DNA from: Anaerolineales bacterium
GTDB lineage: Bacteria; Chloroflexota; Anaerolineae; Aggregatilineales; UBA2796
NCBI GenBank assembly: GCA_015075625.1
Contig: JABTTZ010000001.1
Coordinates: 2,047,021 to 2,111,020, forward strand
Reading direction: 5' to 3'
Length of the DNA: 64,000 nt
Shown here: positions 48,825 to 59,510 of the stretch, one piece after another
Layout: each line of letters opens with the position of its first letter
How positions within the stretch are numbered: the first letter of the stretch is position 1
The notes under the pieces: model-generated
The model's database searches: none
The model's input: the letters and a program-made list of their open reading frames with translations, nothing else
Told to the model about the DNA's origin: nothing
Program-made: the position numbers and the translations under genes

Positions 48825-49853
48825 ATGACGGTTAAACAACGTTCGCTCTGCGTGATCATGGCGCTGGCTGTCCTTCTGACAACACTTGGCGCGGCAGGGT
48901 TTACAGCAACCGCCCGCGCTTCTGAGGAAACGCTCACCCTGTATTCGGGACGCAATGAGAAATTGATGTCCCCCATATTGGAAGAATTCACGAAAGATAC
49001 GGGCATTAAACTGGCAATTCGCTACGGGGATACGGCGGAGATGGCAGCGACCATCCTTGAGGAAGGCGATAACAGCCCGGCGGATGTCTTTTTGGCACAG
49101 GATGCCGGAGCGCTTGGGGCGTTGGCGGCGGAAGAACGCCTGACGGTGATCCCCGACACCCTCTTAGAGCGTGTCCCGGCAGAATTTCAATCGCCCGATG
49201 GTGTGTGGGTGGGGGTGTCGGGACGCGCCCGCGTATTGGCATACAACACGAAGGCGCTCAAAGCCGATCAACTGCCGACCTCGATCCTTGATTTGGTGAA
49301 GCCGGAATACAAGGGGCGTGTGGCATGGGCGCCAACGAATGCTTCCCTGCAAAGCCAGGTGACGGCGCTGCGCGTTTTGCTTGGCGAGGAAAAAACAGCC
49401 GAATGGCTGAAGGGAATGGTAGCCAACGAGACGAAAGTCTATTCGGGAAATGTCCCGATGGTGAAGGATGTTGCCGATGGCGTTGTGGAGATGGCGATCA
49501 CAAACCACTACTACATTTGGCAGCTTCGCGCCACAACGCCGGATACAGCGGTGGCGGCAGCGTTCTTCCCGAAAGGTGATCCAGGGGCGCTGGTGAACGT
49601 TGCCGGCGCGGGCATTTTGACGACGAGCAAAAAGCGCGAGACAGCGGCGAAGTTGATCGATTATCTGCTCTCAGAGAAGGCGCAAAAATACTTTGCCGAG
49701 ACAACCTTCGAGTATCCCTTGATCGAAGGGGTGGCGCTTGCCGACGGGCTGACGCCCCTTGCCGATCTGGAGATGCCAGAGATTGACCTGAGCGACCTTG
49801 CCGATTTGCGCGGCACACTGGCGCTGCTGCAAGAGACTGGCGTCCTTCCGTAA
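48825..49853 (+). CDS. Fe(III) ABC transporter periplasmic binding protein (FbpA/AfuA-like)
   Basis: GRARVLAYNT, ITNHYYIWQL, signal peptide. ATG 48825 chosen (SD GAAAGG); ORF track starts at 48777. Confidence 0.8.
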   Translation: MTVKQRSLCVIMALAVLLTTLGAAGFTATARASEETLTLYSGRNEKLMSPILEEFTKDTGIKLAIRYGDTAEMAATILEEGDNSPADVFLAQDAGALGALAAEERLTVIPDTLLERVPAEFQSPDGVWVGVSGRARVLAYNTKALKADQLPTSILDLVKPEYKGRVAWAPTNASLQSQVTALRVLLGEEKTAEWLKGMVANETKVYSGNVPMVKDVADGVVEMAITNHYYIWQLRATTPDTAVAAAFFPKGDPGALVNVAGAGILTTSKKRETAAKLIDYLLSEKAQKYFAETTFEYPLIEGVALADGLTPLADLEMPEIDLSDLADLRGTLALLQETGVLP

Positions 49854-50138
49854 AGGGAGAGGCGGGCAATTCGAGAGGATTGCCCGCCAGCAAACCTATG
49901 CACCATAGAATAGACACATGACGAAAAGCAGACAATTTACAGATCGTTCGTCATAGAAAAATAACCCGTTAACGTTTATAACGAATAGTAAGCCGAGAGC
50001 GAGAACAGGACGAAAGATAGCCCGATGCAGATTGCCCGCAGCACATCGCCCGCCCGCCCCATCGCCCCCAACGCGCTGCCCCCCCTGCGGGGGGGAATCA
50101 TCTTGCCTCGTTTTCGCCTTCCGCAAACGACGGGGGGA

Positions 50139-51689
50139 ATGGCGCTCCATCTGTTTGGGCTGATCGTCGCAGCGGCGGTGCTGATCCCCGTTGGGTATTT
50201 GGTCTTTCGGGCGGCAAGTGGCGGGGAGGCAGCGATCCGCTATCTCTTTAGTGGGCGGGTGATGGCGATCATTGGGAACACAGTGGTGTTGGTGGGGGCG
50301 GTAGTCGGCGCGGCGACGGTGCTTGCCGTCCTGTTTGCTTGGCTGACGACGCGGACAGATGTCCCCTTCCGGCGGGCGTGGCTGATCCTCGGCTTGCTGC
50401 CACTCGTAATCCCCTCGTACATTGGGGCGATGACGTTTGCCGCCGCGTTTGGGGCAAAGGGCTACCTTCAGCAGATGCTCCTCCCGTTGGGGGTTGAGCG
50501 CCTACCCTCCATCTATGGTTTTTTCGGGGCGTGGCTGGTGATCACCCTCTTCACCTACCCCTACGTCGCCTTGCCGCTGCGTGCCGCGCTATTGAACACC
50601 GATCCGGCGTTGGAAGAATCAGGGCGAAGCATGGGCTTGAGCGCCTTCGCCACCTTTCGGCGGGTGACGTTTCCCCAACTGCGCCCGGCGTTGGGGGTGG
50701 GGATGATCCTCGCCGCGCTCTATACCCTGAGCGATTTTGGGGCAGTGGCAATCATGCAGTATGACAGCTTCACCCGCGTGATCTTCGTCCAATACACCAG
50801 TTCGTTCAATCGCGGGATTGCCGCCACACTTTCGTTGGTGTTGGTTGTTTTCGCTTTTGGGCTGATTTTTCTTGAGCGGCGCATCGCCAGCCAGAAAAAG
50901 AACTATCGGGCAGGGGTGGGGGCGTGCCGCAAACATCGGGTTGTCGCCTTGCGGGGATGGAAAGTGCCAGCGCTTCTGTTTTGTGGGGGACTGGTGTGCT
51001 TGGGGGTGGGCGTGCCCGGGATGGTCTTGGCGGCGTGGTTGGCTGAGGGGGCGGCAGCAGGGGTGACGCTGCCGCTATTGGATGGGGCGCTACTGAACAC
51101 GGTGACGGTCAGCGGGGCTGCGGCTCTTGTCGTCGGGGTGGTGGCGCTGCCGATGGCGCTGCTTGCGGTGCGTTCAAACGGGCGTTGGGGACGGTGGATC
51201 GTTCAGATCACCTTTTTGGGGCATGGCTTGCCCGGCTTGGTCATTGCGCTCGCCCTCGTCTTTGTGGCGGCGAACGCCCTCCCCGCGCTGTATCAGACGC
51301 TCCCTATTTTGATTTTCGGGTACGGGGTGCGCTTTTTGCCCCTGAGCATCGGGGCGACACGGAGCGCCCTCACCCAGATCAACCCCCGATTGGGAGATGC
51401 CTCGCGCAGCTTGGGGCTTTCGGCATGGCAGACAACGCGGCGGGTGACGCTCCCTCTGATGCGGGCGGGTGTGCTTGGCGGGATGGCGCTTGTTTTCCTG
51501 AACACGATGAAAGAACTCCCCACAACCTTGATGCTCTCCCCGACAGGTTTCCGCACGCTGACAACCCACCTGTGGACAGCGCAAACAAACGGCGATTGGG
51601 CGCTTGCCGCCGCCCCTGCCCTGGTCATTGTGGCGGTTTCGGCGCTCTCGCTTGTGTTCATCCTGCGGGATGGCGCTGGCAACCATTAA
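50139..51689 (+). CDS. Fe(III) ABC transporter permease, fused two-domain (FbpB-like)
   Basis: Two repeated 6-TM halves each with an EAA loop (ESGRSMGLSAFATFRRVTFP and GDASRSLGLSAWQTTRRVTLP). ORF track starts at 50025. Confidence 0.8.
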   Translation: MALHLFGLIVAAAVLIPVGYLVFRAASGGEAAIRYLFSGRVMAIIGNTVVLVGAVVGAATVLAVLFAWLTTRTDVPFRRAWLILGLLPLVIPSYIGAMTFAAAFGAKGYLQQMLLPLGVERLPSIYGFFGAWLVITLFTYPYVALPLRAALLNTDPALEESGRSMGLSAFATFRRVTFPQLRPALGVGMILAALYTLSDFGAVAIMQYDSFTRVIFVQYTSSFNRGIAATLSLVLVVFAFGLIFLERRIASQKKNYRAGVGACRKHRVVALRGWKVPALLFCGGLVCLGVGVPGMVLAAWLAEGAAAGVTLPLLDGALLNTVTVSGAAALVVGVVALPMALLAVRSNGRWGRWIVQITFLGHGLPGLVIALALVFVAANALPALYQTLPILIFGYGVRFLPLSIGATRSALTQINPRLGDASRSLGLSAWQTTRRVTLPLMRAGVLGGMALVFLNTMKELPTTLMLSPTGFRTLTTHLWTAQTNGDWALAAAPALVIVAVSALSLVFILRDGAGNH

Positions 51690-51714
51690 CACCCCTAACA
51701 TTTCCTCAGCGCTG

Positions 51715-52770
51715 ATGGATTCTCCGGCACTCATCGTCGCCCAACTGCATAAAACGTTTGGCAGCCAACCCGCCTTGCGCGGCGTTTCGCTGACGGTTTA
51801 CGCTGGCGAGATCATGGCGCTTTTGGGCGCAAGCGGCTGCGGAAAAACAACGCTCTTGCGGGTGATTGCCGGCTTTGAGCAGCCGGATACCCCACAGGGC
51901 GGGACGATCTCGATTGGCGGGCGGGTGGTTGCCGGAGATGGTGTGCAAACCCCACCGGAATTGCGGCGGGTGGGAATGGTCTTTCAAGATTACGCGCTTT
52001 TTCCCCATCTGAATGTGGCGGAGAACATCGCCTTTGGGGTGAAAGGCAACGCCACCGCCAAAGCGAGCCGCACTACCGAACTGTTGGATTTGGTTGGGCT
52101 GGAGGGGTTTCGCCAACGGATGCCCCATGAGTTATCCGGCGGGCAGCAGCAGCGCGTTGCCCTTGCACGCGCCCTCGCTCCGCAGCCGGATATGCTGCTT
52201 TTGGACGAGCCATTCTCGAACCTAGATGCCGCGCTGCGGGGAATGATGCGCGTTGAAATACGGGCGATCTTGCGACGGGTGGGGATAACAGGTGTTTTCG
52301 TCACCCACGATCAAGAGGAAGCGCTGAGCCTTGCAGATCGGGTGGCGGTCATGGCAGAGGGGCATATCGTCCAGTGTGATACGCCGGAGGTCATTTACAA
52401 TGCGCCGATCAACCGAAAGGTGGCGTCCTTCATTGGTGAGGCGTCGTTCTTGGCGGGGATAGGGCGAGGGGAAACGGTGCGCTGTGCGCTAGGCGATTTG
52501 CCCTTAGACGAACCGAGAACGGGCGCGGTGGCGGTTATGATTCGCCCGGAGATGGTGCGCCTGACGCCCGCTGCGGAGTGGGCAGATGGCGACACCTCTG
52601 GCGAGGGGCGCGTTTTGTGGCGGGAGTATTACGGGCGCGATCAACGGGTGGGGGTGGCGCTTGGGGAAAGCGTGATCATCGCCCGCGTAGAGGCGTCGCC
52701 GCCCTACACGGCGGGGATGGGGGTGCGGGTAGCAGTGCGCGGCAAGGTGCGGGCATTTGCGGGCGGGTGA
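51715..52770 (+). CDS. ABC transporter ATP-binding protein (FbpC/PotA-like)
   Basis: Walker A GASGCGKTT, signature LSGGQQQRVALARAL, Walker B LLLLDEPFS. Alternative starts 51670 or 51604. Confidence 0.8.
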   Translation: MDSPALIVAQLHKTFGSQPALRGVSLTVYAGEIMALLGASGCGKTTLLRVIAGFEQPDTPQGGTISIGGRVVAGDGVQTPPELRRVGMVFQDYALFPHLNVAENIAFGVKGNATAKASRTTELLDLVGLEGFRQRMPHELSGGQQQRVALARALAPQPDMLLLDEPFSNLDAALRGMMRVEIRAILRRVGITGVFVTHDQEEALSLADRVAVMAEGHIVQCDTPEVIYNAPINRKVASFIGEASFLAGIGRGETVRCALGDLPLDEPRTGAVAVMIRPEMVRLTPAAEWADGDTSGEGRVLWREYYGRDQRVGVALGESVIIARVEASPPYTAGMGVRVAVRGKVRAFAGG

Positions 52771-52775
52771 GACAT

Positions 52776-52995
52776 CGCCCGCCGCTAAAGCAGCGGGCGA
52801 AGAACGCCCCCCCTACGGGGCTTGGAATGCGCCCTCACCCCCTAGCCCCCTCCCCCGCAAGGGGAGGGGGAATCCATGCGCCGCACCAAGAAAGGGATGC
52901 CGCCTGGGGTGTCCGCGCTTGACCGGCGCACCCATCTTCCGTTTTAAGCCCCAACGGGGTGATTCGTCCTAGCGCGAGGGCTTTAGCCCCGCACC
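52776..52995. repeat. RF2 REP-like units in inverted orientation (52776-52838 forward, about 52930-52995 reverse) flanking a GNRA hairpin CCCCCTCCCC-GCAA-GGGGAGGGGG, between convergent fbpC and trpA
   Basis: cgcccgccgctaaagcagcgggcgaagaacgcccccctacggggcttgg; reverse copy gcggggctaaagccc...caccccgttggggcttaaaacgg. Confidence 0.5.
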
Positions 52996-53035
52996 AACGC
53001 ATGTTCGTACCTCGGAGGGGTGCATCGTGTGCGCG

Positions 53036-53839
53036 CTATCCACAAGCAGCCCGCAGCGCAGCCGCCAATGATCGCACAGCCGGAAGCCCTTCCTTTTCAT
53101 ACAGACGAATCAAGGCACTAGCGACGATCACGCCATCGGCGTGGGCGGCAACCCCCCGCGCCTGTTCTGGCGTGCTGATCCCAAAGCCCACAGCAAGGGG
53201 AAGCGGCGTTTCCGCCCGGACGCGCCTCACATAACTGACCAGATCGGGTGGGAGCGCTGCCCGTGCGCCAGTGACGCCCGTCACCGAGACAAGGTAGATG
53301 AAGCCGCGTGCCATCGCCGCGATGTGGCGGATGCGCTCCGGCGTGGTGTTGGGGGCGACGAGCGGAATCTGACCGACGCCCGCCCGCTCTGTGTAGGTCG
53401 TTAGATCGGCGGATTCCTCTGGGGGGAGGTCGGGAAGAATCAAGCCGCTAACACCGGCTTCCGCAGCCTCGCTGACGAAACGTTCTAACCCATAATTGAG
53501 GACAGGGTTCACATAGCCCATCAGGATGAGGGGGATGGTGACGCCCCGCGCCCGCAGAGTGCGAATGGCAGCCAGGCAATCACGGAGTTTTGTCCCCTGA
53601 GCCAGCGCCACATTGGAGGCGTGCTGAATCACGGGACCATCGGCAAGCGGATCAGAAAAGGGCATCCCCACTTCCAGGGCATCAGCACCGGATTCGGCAA
53701 GGGCAACCAGCGCCTCAATCGAATCGGGAAGGGTTGGGTAGCCAACGGTGAAAAAGGGCATGAAGGCAGCCCGCCCTTCGGCTTTGGCACGGGCGAAGGT
53801 GGCTTGAATAGACCCTAAGCCGCTGTGAGTTGAGATCAT
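53036..53839 (-). CDS. trpA: Tryptophan synthase alpha subunit
   Basis: Full-length TrpA homology ([24 protein letters not shown]). Confidence 0.9.
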   Translation of the reverse strand: MISTHSGLGSIQATFARAKAEGRAAFMPFFTVGYPTLPDSIEALVALAESGADALEVGMPFSDPLADGPVIQHASNVALAQGTKLRDCLAAIRTLRARGVTIPLILMGYVNPVLNYGLERFVSEAAEAGVSGLILPDLPPEESADLTTYTERAGVGQIPLVAPNTTPERIRHIAAMARGFIYLVSVTGVTGARAALPPDLVSYVRRVRAETPLPLAVGFGISTPEQARGVAAHADGVIVASALIRLYEKEGLPAVRSLAAALRAACG

Positions 53840-55080
53840 TTGCCTGCCACCACTTTCTGGGCATCAAGCGCCTTGATTACGGTGTCAAGGTCTTTATCCC
53901 CCCGCCCGGAGAGGTTGACCAAGAGGATCGCCGTGCGGGGCAGTGTGGGGGCAAGGCGGATCGCCTCAGCAACGGCATGGGAGGATTCGAGGGCGGGGAT
54001 GATTCCTTCGTATCGGCAGAGCATTTGGAAGGCATGAAGCGCTTCGGCATCATCGGCAAGGGTGTATTCTGCCCGTCCGCTATCGCGCAGAAAACTGTGT
54101 TCGGGTCCGACGCTGGCGTAATCCAGCCCGGCGCTAATGCTGTGCGTTTCAGCGATCTGCCCGTCGTCGTCTTGCATGACGTAGGAGCGGGTCCCGTGAA
54201 GGACTCCCAAACGCCCGATGGTAGGGTCGGCAAAGCGGGCGGCATGTTTGCCGCTGGCAATGCCATAGCCGCCCGCCTCAACGCCGATCAAGCGCACCGC
54301 CGGATCGTCGCGGAAGGCATGAAACATGCCAATGGCGTTACTTCCGCCGCCCACACAGGCGATCACGGCATCGGGCAAGCGCCGTGCGAGGTCGAGGATT
54401 TGCGCCCGCGCCTCAATGCCGATCACCGATTGAAAATCGCGGACGATCCGCGGGTAAGGGTGGGGTCCGAGCGCTGAGCCAAGAAGGTAGTAGGTGGTGT
54501 GGACGTTCGTCACCCAATCGCGGATTGCCTCGTTGATCGCATCTTTGAGGGTTTTACTGCCGCTTTCCACCGCCCGTACCTCGGCGCCCAACAAACGCAT
54601 CCGAAAGACGTTCGGCGCCTGCCGCGCCATATCGACGCTGCCCATGTAAACGATACATTCCAAGCCAAGCAAAGCGCAGACGGTGGCGCTGGCAACGCCG
54701 TGCTGCCCGGCGCCGGTCTCGGCAATGATGCGCTGTTTGCCCATCCGCTTGGCAATGAGCGCCTGCCCTAGCGCGTTGTTGATCTTATGCGCCCCACTGT
54801 GGGCAAGGTCTTCGCGCTTCAGATAAATCTGCGCCCCGCCGAGGTGATCGCTAAGCCGCTTGGCATGGCTGATAGGCGTCGGGCGTCCGGTGTAGGTACG
54901 GTGAAGGTGGGCGAGTTCGGCGGTGAATTCGGGGTCATCCTTCAGGCGGGCGTAAGCGTCCGTCAGTTCATCCAGGGCGGGGACGAGGGTTTCGGGGACA
55001 AAACGTCCGCCAAATTTGCCAAAATAGCCGCGCTCATCGGGGAGGGGCGGCGTATCGGGGAGGTGGTTGGGGGTGTTCAT
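53836..55080 (-). CDS. trpB: Tryptophan synthase beta subunit
   Basis: [24 protein letters not shown]-lysine region; 4-nt overlap with trpA; start at MNTPNHL with SD AGGATG. Confidence 0.9.
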   Translation of the reverse strand: MNTPNHLPDTPPLPDERGYFGKFGGRFVPETLVPALDELTDAYARLKDDPEFTAELAHLHRTYTGRPTPISHAKRLSDHLGGAQIYLKREDLAHSGAHKINNALGQALIAKRMGKQRIIAETGAGQHGVASATVCALLGLECIVYMGSVDMARQAPNVFRMRLLGAEVRAVESGSKTLKDAINEAIRDWVTNVHTTYYLLGSALGPHPYPRIVRDFQSVIGIEARAQILDLARRLPDAVIACVGGGSNAIGMFHAFRDDPAVRLIGVEAGGYGIASGKHAARFADPTIGRLGVLHGTRSYVMQDDDGQIAETHSISAGLDYASVGPEHSFLRDSGRAEYTLADDAEALHAFQMLCRYEGIIPALESSHAVAEAIRLAPTLPRTAILLVNLSGRGDKDLDTVIKALDAQKVVAGK

Positions 55081-55282
55081 GGCACATCCTGTAAACCGCA
55101 TTTGGGTTTATTTTTTTGCAGTAGGCGACCCGCCAATCTTACCAGAGGGGCGCATTGTCCGCACCGATTCGTTGTGATGACGGTGGCGGAAAGTCTTTGC
55201 CCGCGCCCCCGCACTAAGGGACGAGGCTGAGAGGAGGGAAAGGCGCCCTAAGTACCACCACAGTGAAAAGGCGGGCTGACGT

Positions 55283-55345
55283 ATGATCCCGCCGCTAAAG
55301 CAGCGGGCTGAAAACAGCCACCCCTTCGGGGCTTAAGAGGCATAT
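55283..55345 (+). repeat. RF2 REP-like repeat upstream of trpB
   Basis: gatcccgccgctaaagcagcgggctgaaaacagccaccccttcggggcttaagaggcat. Confidence 0.55.
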
Positions 55346-55429
55346 CCGTATGGGCTTTCCCGTCGTCCCCACCCCAAAGGGCTTTTTTGTTTGTACTTAG
55401 TAGACCATCAGAAAGGTACCCCTAGAATC

Positions 55430-55610
55430 AGACAGCCCTCATCCCCTGGGACTCGCCTTCGCGTGTACGCGCTCTCCCTATGGCGAGGGGGAAACCATCC
55501 ATACCTGTAGGGGCGATCACACAGGGGCGCCCGCTTACGCCGCAGCATGTCTCCCCTTTCCCTGTGTGCAGGAAAAGGGGGCGGGGGGATAGGGGTTCGT
55601 TAGAAATCAC
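55430..55610. repeat. RF1-related hairpin block (CCCCTTTCCCTGTGTGCAGGAAAAGGGGG + GGGGGGATAGGGGTTC modules)
   Basis: Module-level similarity to 23030-23100 and 46419-46506. Confidence 0.4.
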
Positions 55611-55709
55611 GGTGGTGGACGGCTAGCCCCCTATGAAACCCCAATAGGCAATTCTCAGTTTTGTTAGAGTATGGTATGCTTGCGCTATGCGTTGTGGAGA
55701 GGGTTTGAT

Positions 55710-56369
55710 ATGGACGCTGATCAATTTGTTCGCCGCCGCCCCGTCTATTTGCTGTTGGATGTCTCTGGCTCAATGCAAGGTGCGCCTATCCAAGCCGTAC
55801 AGCAAGGGGTGATCATGATTCACAATGAATTGATGAACAACCCCCATTCCATTGAGACGGTCTACCTTAGTGTGATTGTTTTCGGAAACTCGGCACGGCA
55901 GATTGTTACGCTTACCTCTGTAGAGAGTTTCACCCCCCCGATTCTGACGGCGGGAGGGAGTACGGCGCTTGGGGCATCCTTGACGCTGCTGGATCAGGCG
56001 CTTGAGCGGGAAATTCGCTCGGCAGGAGAAGGGCGTAAAGGGGATTACCGTCCGCTTATTTTCCTTTTCACCGACGGCGCACCTACCGATGAATGGCGTG
56101 CGCCCCTAGCTACCTTGAAAACCCGCAAACTGGGGTCTTTTGTGGCGCTTGGCTGTGGCAACAACGTGAATGTCAATGTCTTGAAGGAAATTACCCCCGT
56201 TTGCTTGCTGATGTCGGATACAAGCGGAGATGCCATTCGGCAGTTCTTCCGTTGGGTGTCTTCCAGTATCCAAAAAACGAGCCAGCGCATCAACACAAAA
56301 GCAGAGGAAAACGGGTTGGAGATTGTCCCCCTCCCCCCAATCATCAAACGAATTGGGGATGGGTCGTAA
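55710..56369 (+). CDS. von Willebrand factor A domain protein (TerY-like vWA)
   Basis: MIDAS motif VYLLLDVSGSM, conserved Thr/Asp positions, FLFTDGAPTD. ATG 55710 with SD GGAGAGGG; ORF track starts at 55671. Confidence 0.8.
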   Translation: MDADQFVRRRPVYLLLDVSGSMQGAPIQAVQQGVIMIHNELMNNPHSIETVYLSVIVFGNSARQIVTLTSVESFTPPILTAGGSTALGASLTLLDQALEREIRSAGEGRKGDYRPLIFLFTDGAPTDEWRAPLATLKTRKLGSFVALGCGNNVNVNVLKEITPVCLLMSDTSGDAIRQFFRWVSSSIQKTSQRINTKAEENGLEIVPLPPIIKRIGDGS

Positions 56370-56386
56370 CCATGCCTGGGTGAGCC

Positions 56387-57817
56387 ATGAACATCTACTT
56401 TCTTGCCGATATGCGGAATTGGGCAGAGCGCCCTGACCCAGAGGTTATCCTTTCGGTGGTTCAGGCGCGGCTTCGCTTTTCGGTGGGAATGCAGGCGCGG
56501 AGCATGGACGGGCGGTGGGCGGATCGCCTTCCGGCTGACTCTGATGCCTTTGTCTTTTTGTTGATCACCGCCGCCCCCGCCTCGAATTGGGTGGAACGCC
56601 TTCGGGTATGGCTGAATGGACCTGACGGGCGGGGGCGCCGCCTTTATGTTACTTATACGGATTCCATTCCTTACACGGTGATCCGCGAGATTACCTCCCT
56701 GACGAAAGATCAACCTCTCGCCCGCTCTCCCTATCGAATCGTCCAACAATCGGCTGCCGGCTTGGAACACGCCGCCCGCTGGATGGCGGAAGTTATTGAG
56801 GATAACCTTTCCGAATACTATACCGAGCGCGGCGGACGACAGCGAGAGACGCCCACACAGCGCTACGACGCCTATCAGCCCGCGCATGATGAGTATGCCC
56901 TTGATGGTGTAGGGACGAGGCATGTGCCGCCGCTTTCCCCCCTTCCACAAGCGCCGCACCCCGTCCGTGTGACGCCGACGCGCTGGCGCAACCTGCCGAG
57001 CAACCAGGGGGACTTGAACGCCTATCCCGATCAGTTCACCCTTTCCCTGCGCGGCACAGAGGATTACCAGATCGCTGCCGCCAGCCACCGTGGAAAAACG
57101 CACGCCCATCAGGGGACGTTTCGTGAGGATGCCGTTGCCGCCGTCGCCACTCGCTATTGGAACATCCTCGCCGTTGCCGATGGGGCGGGGTCAGCGCCAT
57201 TGGCACGGATCGGCTCGAACCTTGCCGTGCGGGAAGCGGTAGCCGCGATGCGTAAGGCAATGCCCAACCCGCCCTCTCCCGATGATGTGGCACGCGCCAT
57301 TTGGGAAGGCATTGATGCCGCTCACGACGCCGTAGAGGACTTTGCCCGTGCGCGGAACTTGCCCGTGAGCGATTTGCATACGACCCTACAATTGGTGATC
57401 CACGCCCCGCAGCGGCGCGGCTGCCTGATTGGGGTTGTTCATGTGGGGGATGGAATCATTGTCGCCGAGGATGTCGTTGGCACATACTACAACCTCACCG
57501 AACCGGACACCGACCCTGAGGACAGCGGACGGACGCTGTTCCTCACCAGCGCGAAGGTGAATGTGTGGAAGCGGCGGACAATCGTCTATGACTTTGAACA
57601 GCCGATTCGCCTCTTAGCGATGATGACCGACGGACTCTCTGGCGATTTGGAGGCAAGCGGGGAAGCCTTCTCTACGCAGTTGTTTGAGCCGCTGCGCCAG
57701 CGGGTGTTGTGTTACCCCCTGCGAGATCGGGAACGGGCGCTGCTCGAATTTATTAGCTATGAACGGCGGGGAAGTTTCGATGACCGGACGCTGCTCGTCC
57801 TCTCGTTGGGCGACTGA
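56387..57817 (+). CDS. PP2C-family Ser/Thr protein phosphatase with about 200-aa N-terminal domain of unknown function
   Basis: NILAVADGAGSAPLA and LLAMMTDGLSGDLE metal-binding PP2C motifs. Confidence 0.8.
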   Translation: MNIYFLADMRNWAERPDPEVILSVVQARLRFSVGMQARSMDGRWADRLPADSDAFVFLLITAAPASNWVERLRVWLNGPDGRGRRLYVTYTDSIPYTVIREITSLTKDQPLARSPYRIVQQSAAGLEHAARWMAEVIEDNLSEYYTERGGRQRETPTQRYDAYQPAHDEYALDGVGTRHVPPLSPLPQAPHPVRVTPTRWRNLPSNQGDLNAYPDQFTLSLRGTEDYQIAAASHRGKTHAHQGTFREDAVAAVATRYWNILAVADGAGSAPLARIGSNLAVREAVAAMRKAMPNPPSPDDVARAIWEGIDAAHDAVEDFARARNLPVSDLHTTLQLVIHAPQRRGCLIGVVHVGDGIIVAEDVVGTYYNLTEPDTDPEDSGRTLFLTSAKVNVWKRRTIVYDFEQPIRLLAMMTDGLSGDLEASGEAFSTQLFEPLRQRVLCYPLRDRERALLEFISYERRGSFDDRTLLVLSLGD

Positions 57818-58030
57818 TCAGGATGCATGGGATGAGATCGTCCTCTCCGGGGGCGTCAAACGCTGGTGGGATAAGGCTATTCAGCGCGAATTGCAGCGGC
57901 AGGGCACTTATGCCCCGCTGTCTTCGACCAGAGAGAACCCCAAAGGGCAGCAGACCCTTCACCTGAGCGAGGATGGTGAACTCGATATGATTGAGGACTC
58001 AACGCCTGTTGTTGAGGGCAAAGGGAAACG

Positions 58031-59446
58031 ATGATTGTCACCTTCACCGATGGCACAACGGAAATTTATGAGGATGACCCGTTCGCTTCCGGCGGGCAGG
58101 GAAATCTCTATCATTCACGCGATAAGCGCTCTGTTGTCAAACTTTATACGACGCCGGATCGCTTAAAGACGGAGCGGTTGAAGAAAATCATCACCGAATT
58201 CAACGTCACGCGCACCAGTCCAGGTGATTCCGCGCTGCGCCGCCCCGACCACACGATCAAAGACCTCTTTGCCTGGCCCAATGGCATTTCTGAAAAGCCC
58301 CAAGTGGGCGTGCGGATGCGCAATGTAACCTATGGTGGCGATTACAAGCCGCTGCATTGGTGGCTTTCCCCAAAACTGTTACAAAAGATGCCCGACGCGA
58401 TGCGTGGGACATGGCTGGATCGGACGCGGGTTGCCAGCGATATGGCACGCATTGCCTCGAAACTGCACAACTCAGGGCTTTGCCATTCGGATTTTTCCTC
58501 AAACAATTTTTTGGCAAATGTCGCCCTTCAGAGGGTTGTTCTCATCGACCTAGATAGTTTGGTGGTGCCGGGTGTGCTGCCACCGGAAATCCTCGGCACG
58601 GGCGATTACATTGCTCCAGAGATCGTCGCTGCCAGTTTTCGCGGCGATAACACGGCAAAACCGTCCATTGATGCCGATTTGCATTCGCTTGCCGTACTCA
58701 TCTACCAACTGCTGCTGATGCGCCACCCCTTACGCGGACCGAAAAATTACGATCTGAATGACCCTAGCCGCGATGATGCGCTCATGTTTGGAGAGAGAGC
58801 GCTTTACATTGAAGACCCCAACGACACCTCCAATCGCCCCGCAAAAGACTTCCCCGGCGCATGGGCGCTTGGCGATGAGGTTGAGGGAATCATGCGCAAG
58901 GCGTTCACCATTGGCTTGCGAACACCCACACAGCGCCCGCGTGCTTCCGAATGGGATGAGGCGCTGCTTCGCCTTTTTGACCAAATCATCCCTTGTTCCC
59001 ATGAGGCATGTGTGGGAAAGTTCTTCGTCCTGCTGCGGGATCGTCCGGCGGTTTGCCCCTGGTGTGGGACGGCGGTGAAGTTTCCCCAAACTGTCCCCGT
59101 CTTGCGCCTTTATCGTGGGGTTGGGCAAAATGGTCATTTCCAAGTGGATAAGGGGCGGATTGTTGGGTGGCAGGGGCGGACGCTGCACAAATGGCATATT
59201 CAGGCGGATATGGCGGAACGGGGAATTTTGAAAGAGGAAGACAAACAACCGTTTGCCGAGGTTACCTATACCCGTGAACATGGCTGGCAGCTTAGGAATC
59301 TGAACATTTCCGATTTGCGCCTTGCCGAAAAAGGGACCGTACAGCCCATTCAGGTGGGGCAGCCGATCAGCCTAGAGCATGGGCAAACCCTCTTAATTGG
59401 CACGGGGGGGCGTTTGGCACAGGTGACGATGCAAGGCATACGATAA
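58031..59446 (+). CDS. Hanks-type Ser/Thr protein kinase with C-terminal zinc-ribbon (CxxC...CPWC) and FHA-like tail
   Basis: SGGQGNLY (Gly loop), VVKLY (VAIK), CHSDFSSNNFL (catalytic loop), IDLDS (DFG), DYIAPE (APE); CSHEAC...CPWCG. Confidence 0.75.
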   Translation: MIVTFTDGTTEIYEDDPFASGGQGNLYHSRDKRSVVKLYTTPDRLKTERLKKIITEFNVTRTSPGDSALRRPDHTIKDLFAWPNGISEKPQVGVRMRNVTYGGDYKPLHWWLSPKLLQKMPDAMRGTWLDRTRVASDMARIASKLHNSGLCHSDFSSNNFLANVALQRVVLIDLDSLVVPGVLPPEILGTGDYIAPEIVAASFRGDNTAKPSIDADLHSLAVLIYQLLLMRHPLRGPKNYDLNDPSRDDALMFGERALYIEDPNDTSNRPAKDFPGAWALGDEVEGIMRKAFTIGLRTPTQRPRASEWDEALLRLFDQIIPCSHEACVGKFFVLLRDRPAVCPWCGTAVKFPQTVPVLRLYRGVGQNGHFQVDKGRIVGWQGRTLHKWHIQADMAERGILKEEDKQPFAEVTYTREHGWQLRNLNISDLRLAEKGTVQPIQVGQPISLEHGQTLLIGTGGRLAQVTMQGIR

Positions 59447-59510
59447 AGCATACCGTGACGCGCTGCACCCCTTGCCCACCCTAAACCGGTAAGGGGAAAG
59501 GGACTGGGCT

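Noticed and set aside
55102-55282. Trp attenuator / T-box leader upstream of trpB
   Set aside because: No tandem Trp codons in a leader peptide and no T-box specifier/antiterminator motifs seen; the region is occupied by RF2/RF1-like repeats.
56045-57109. 354-aa minus-strand ORF
   Set aside because: Antisense of vWA/PP2C genes.
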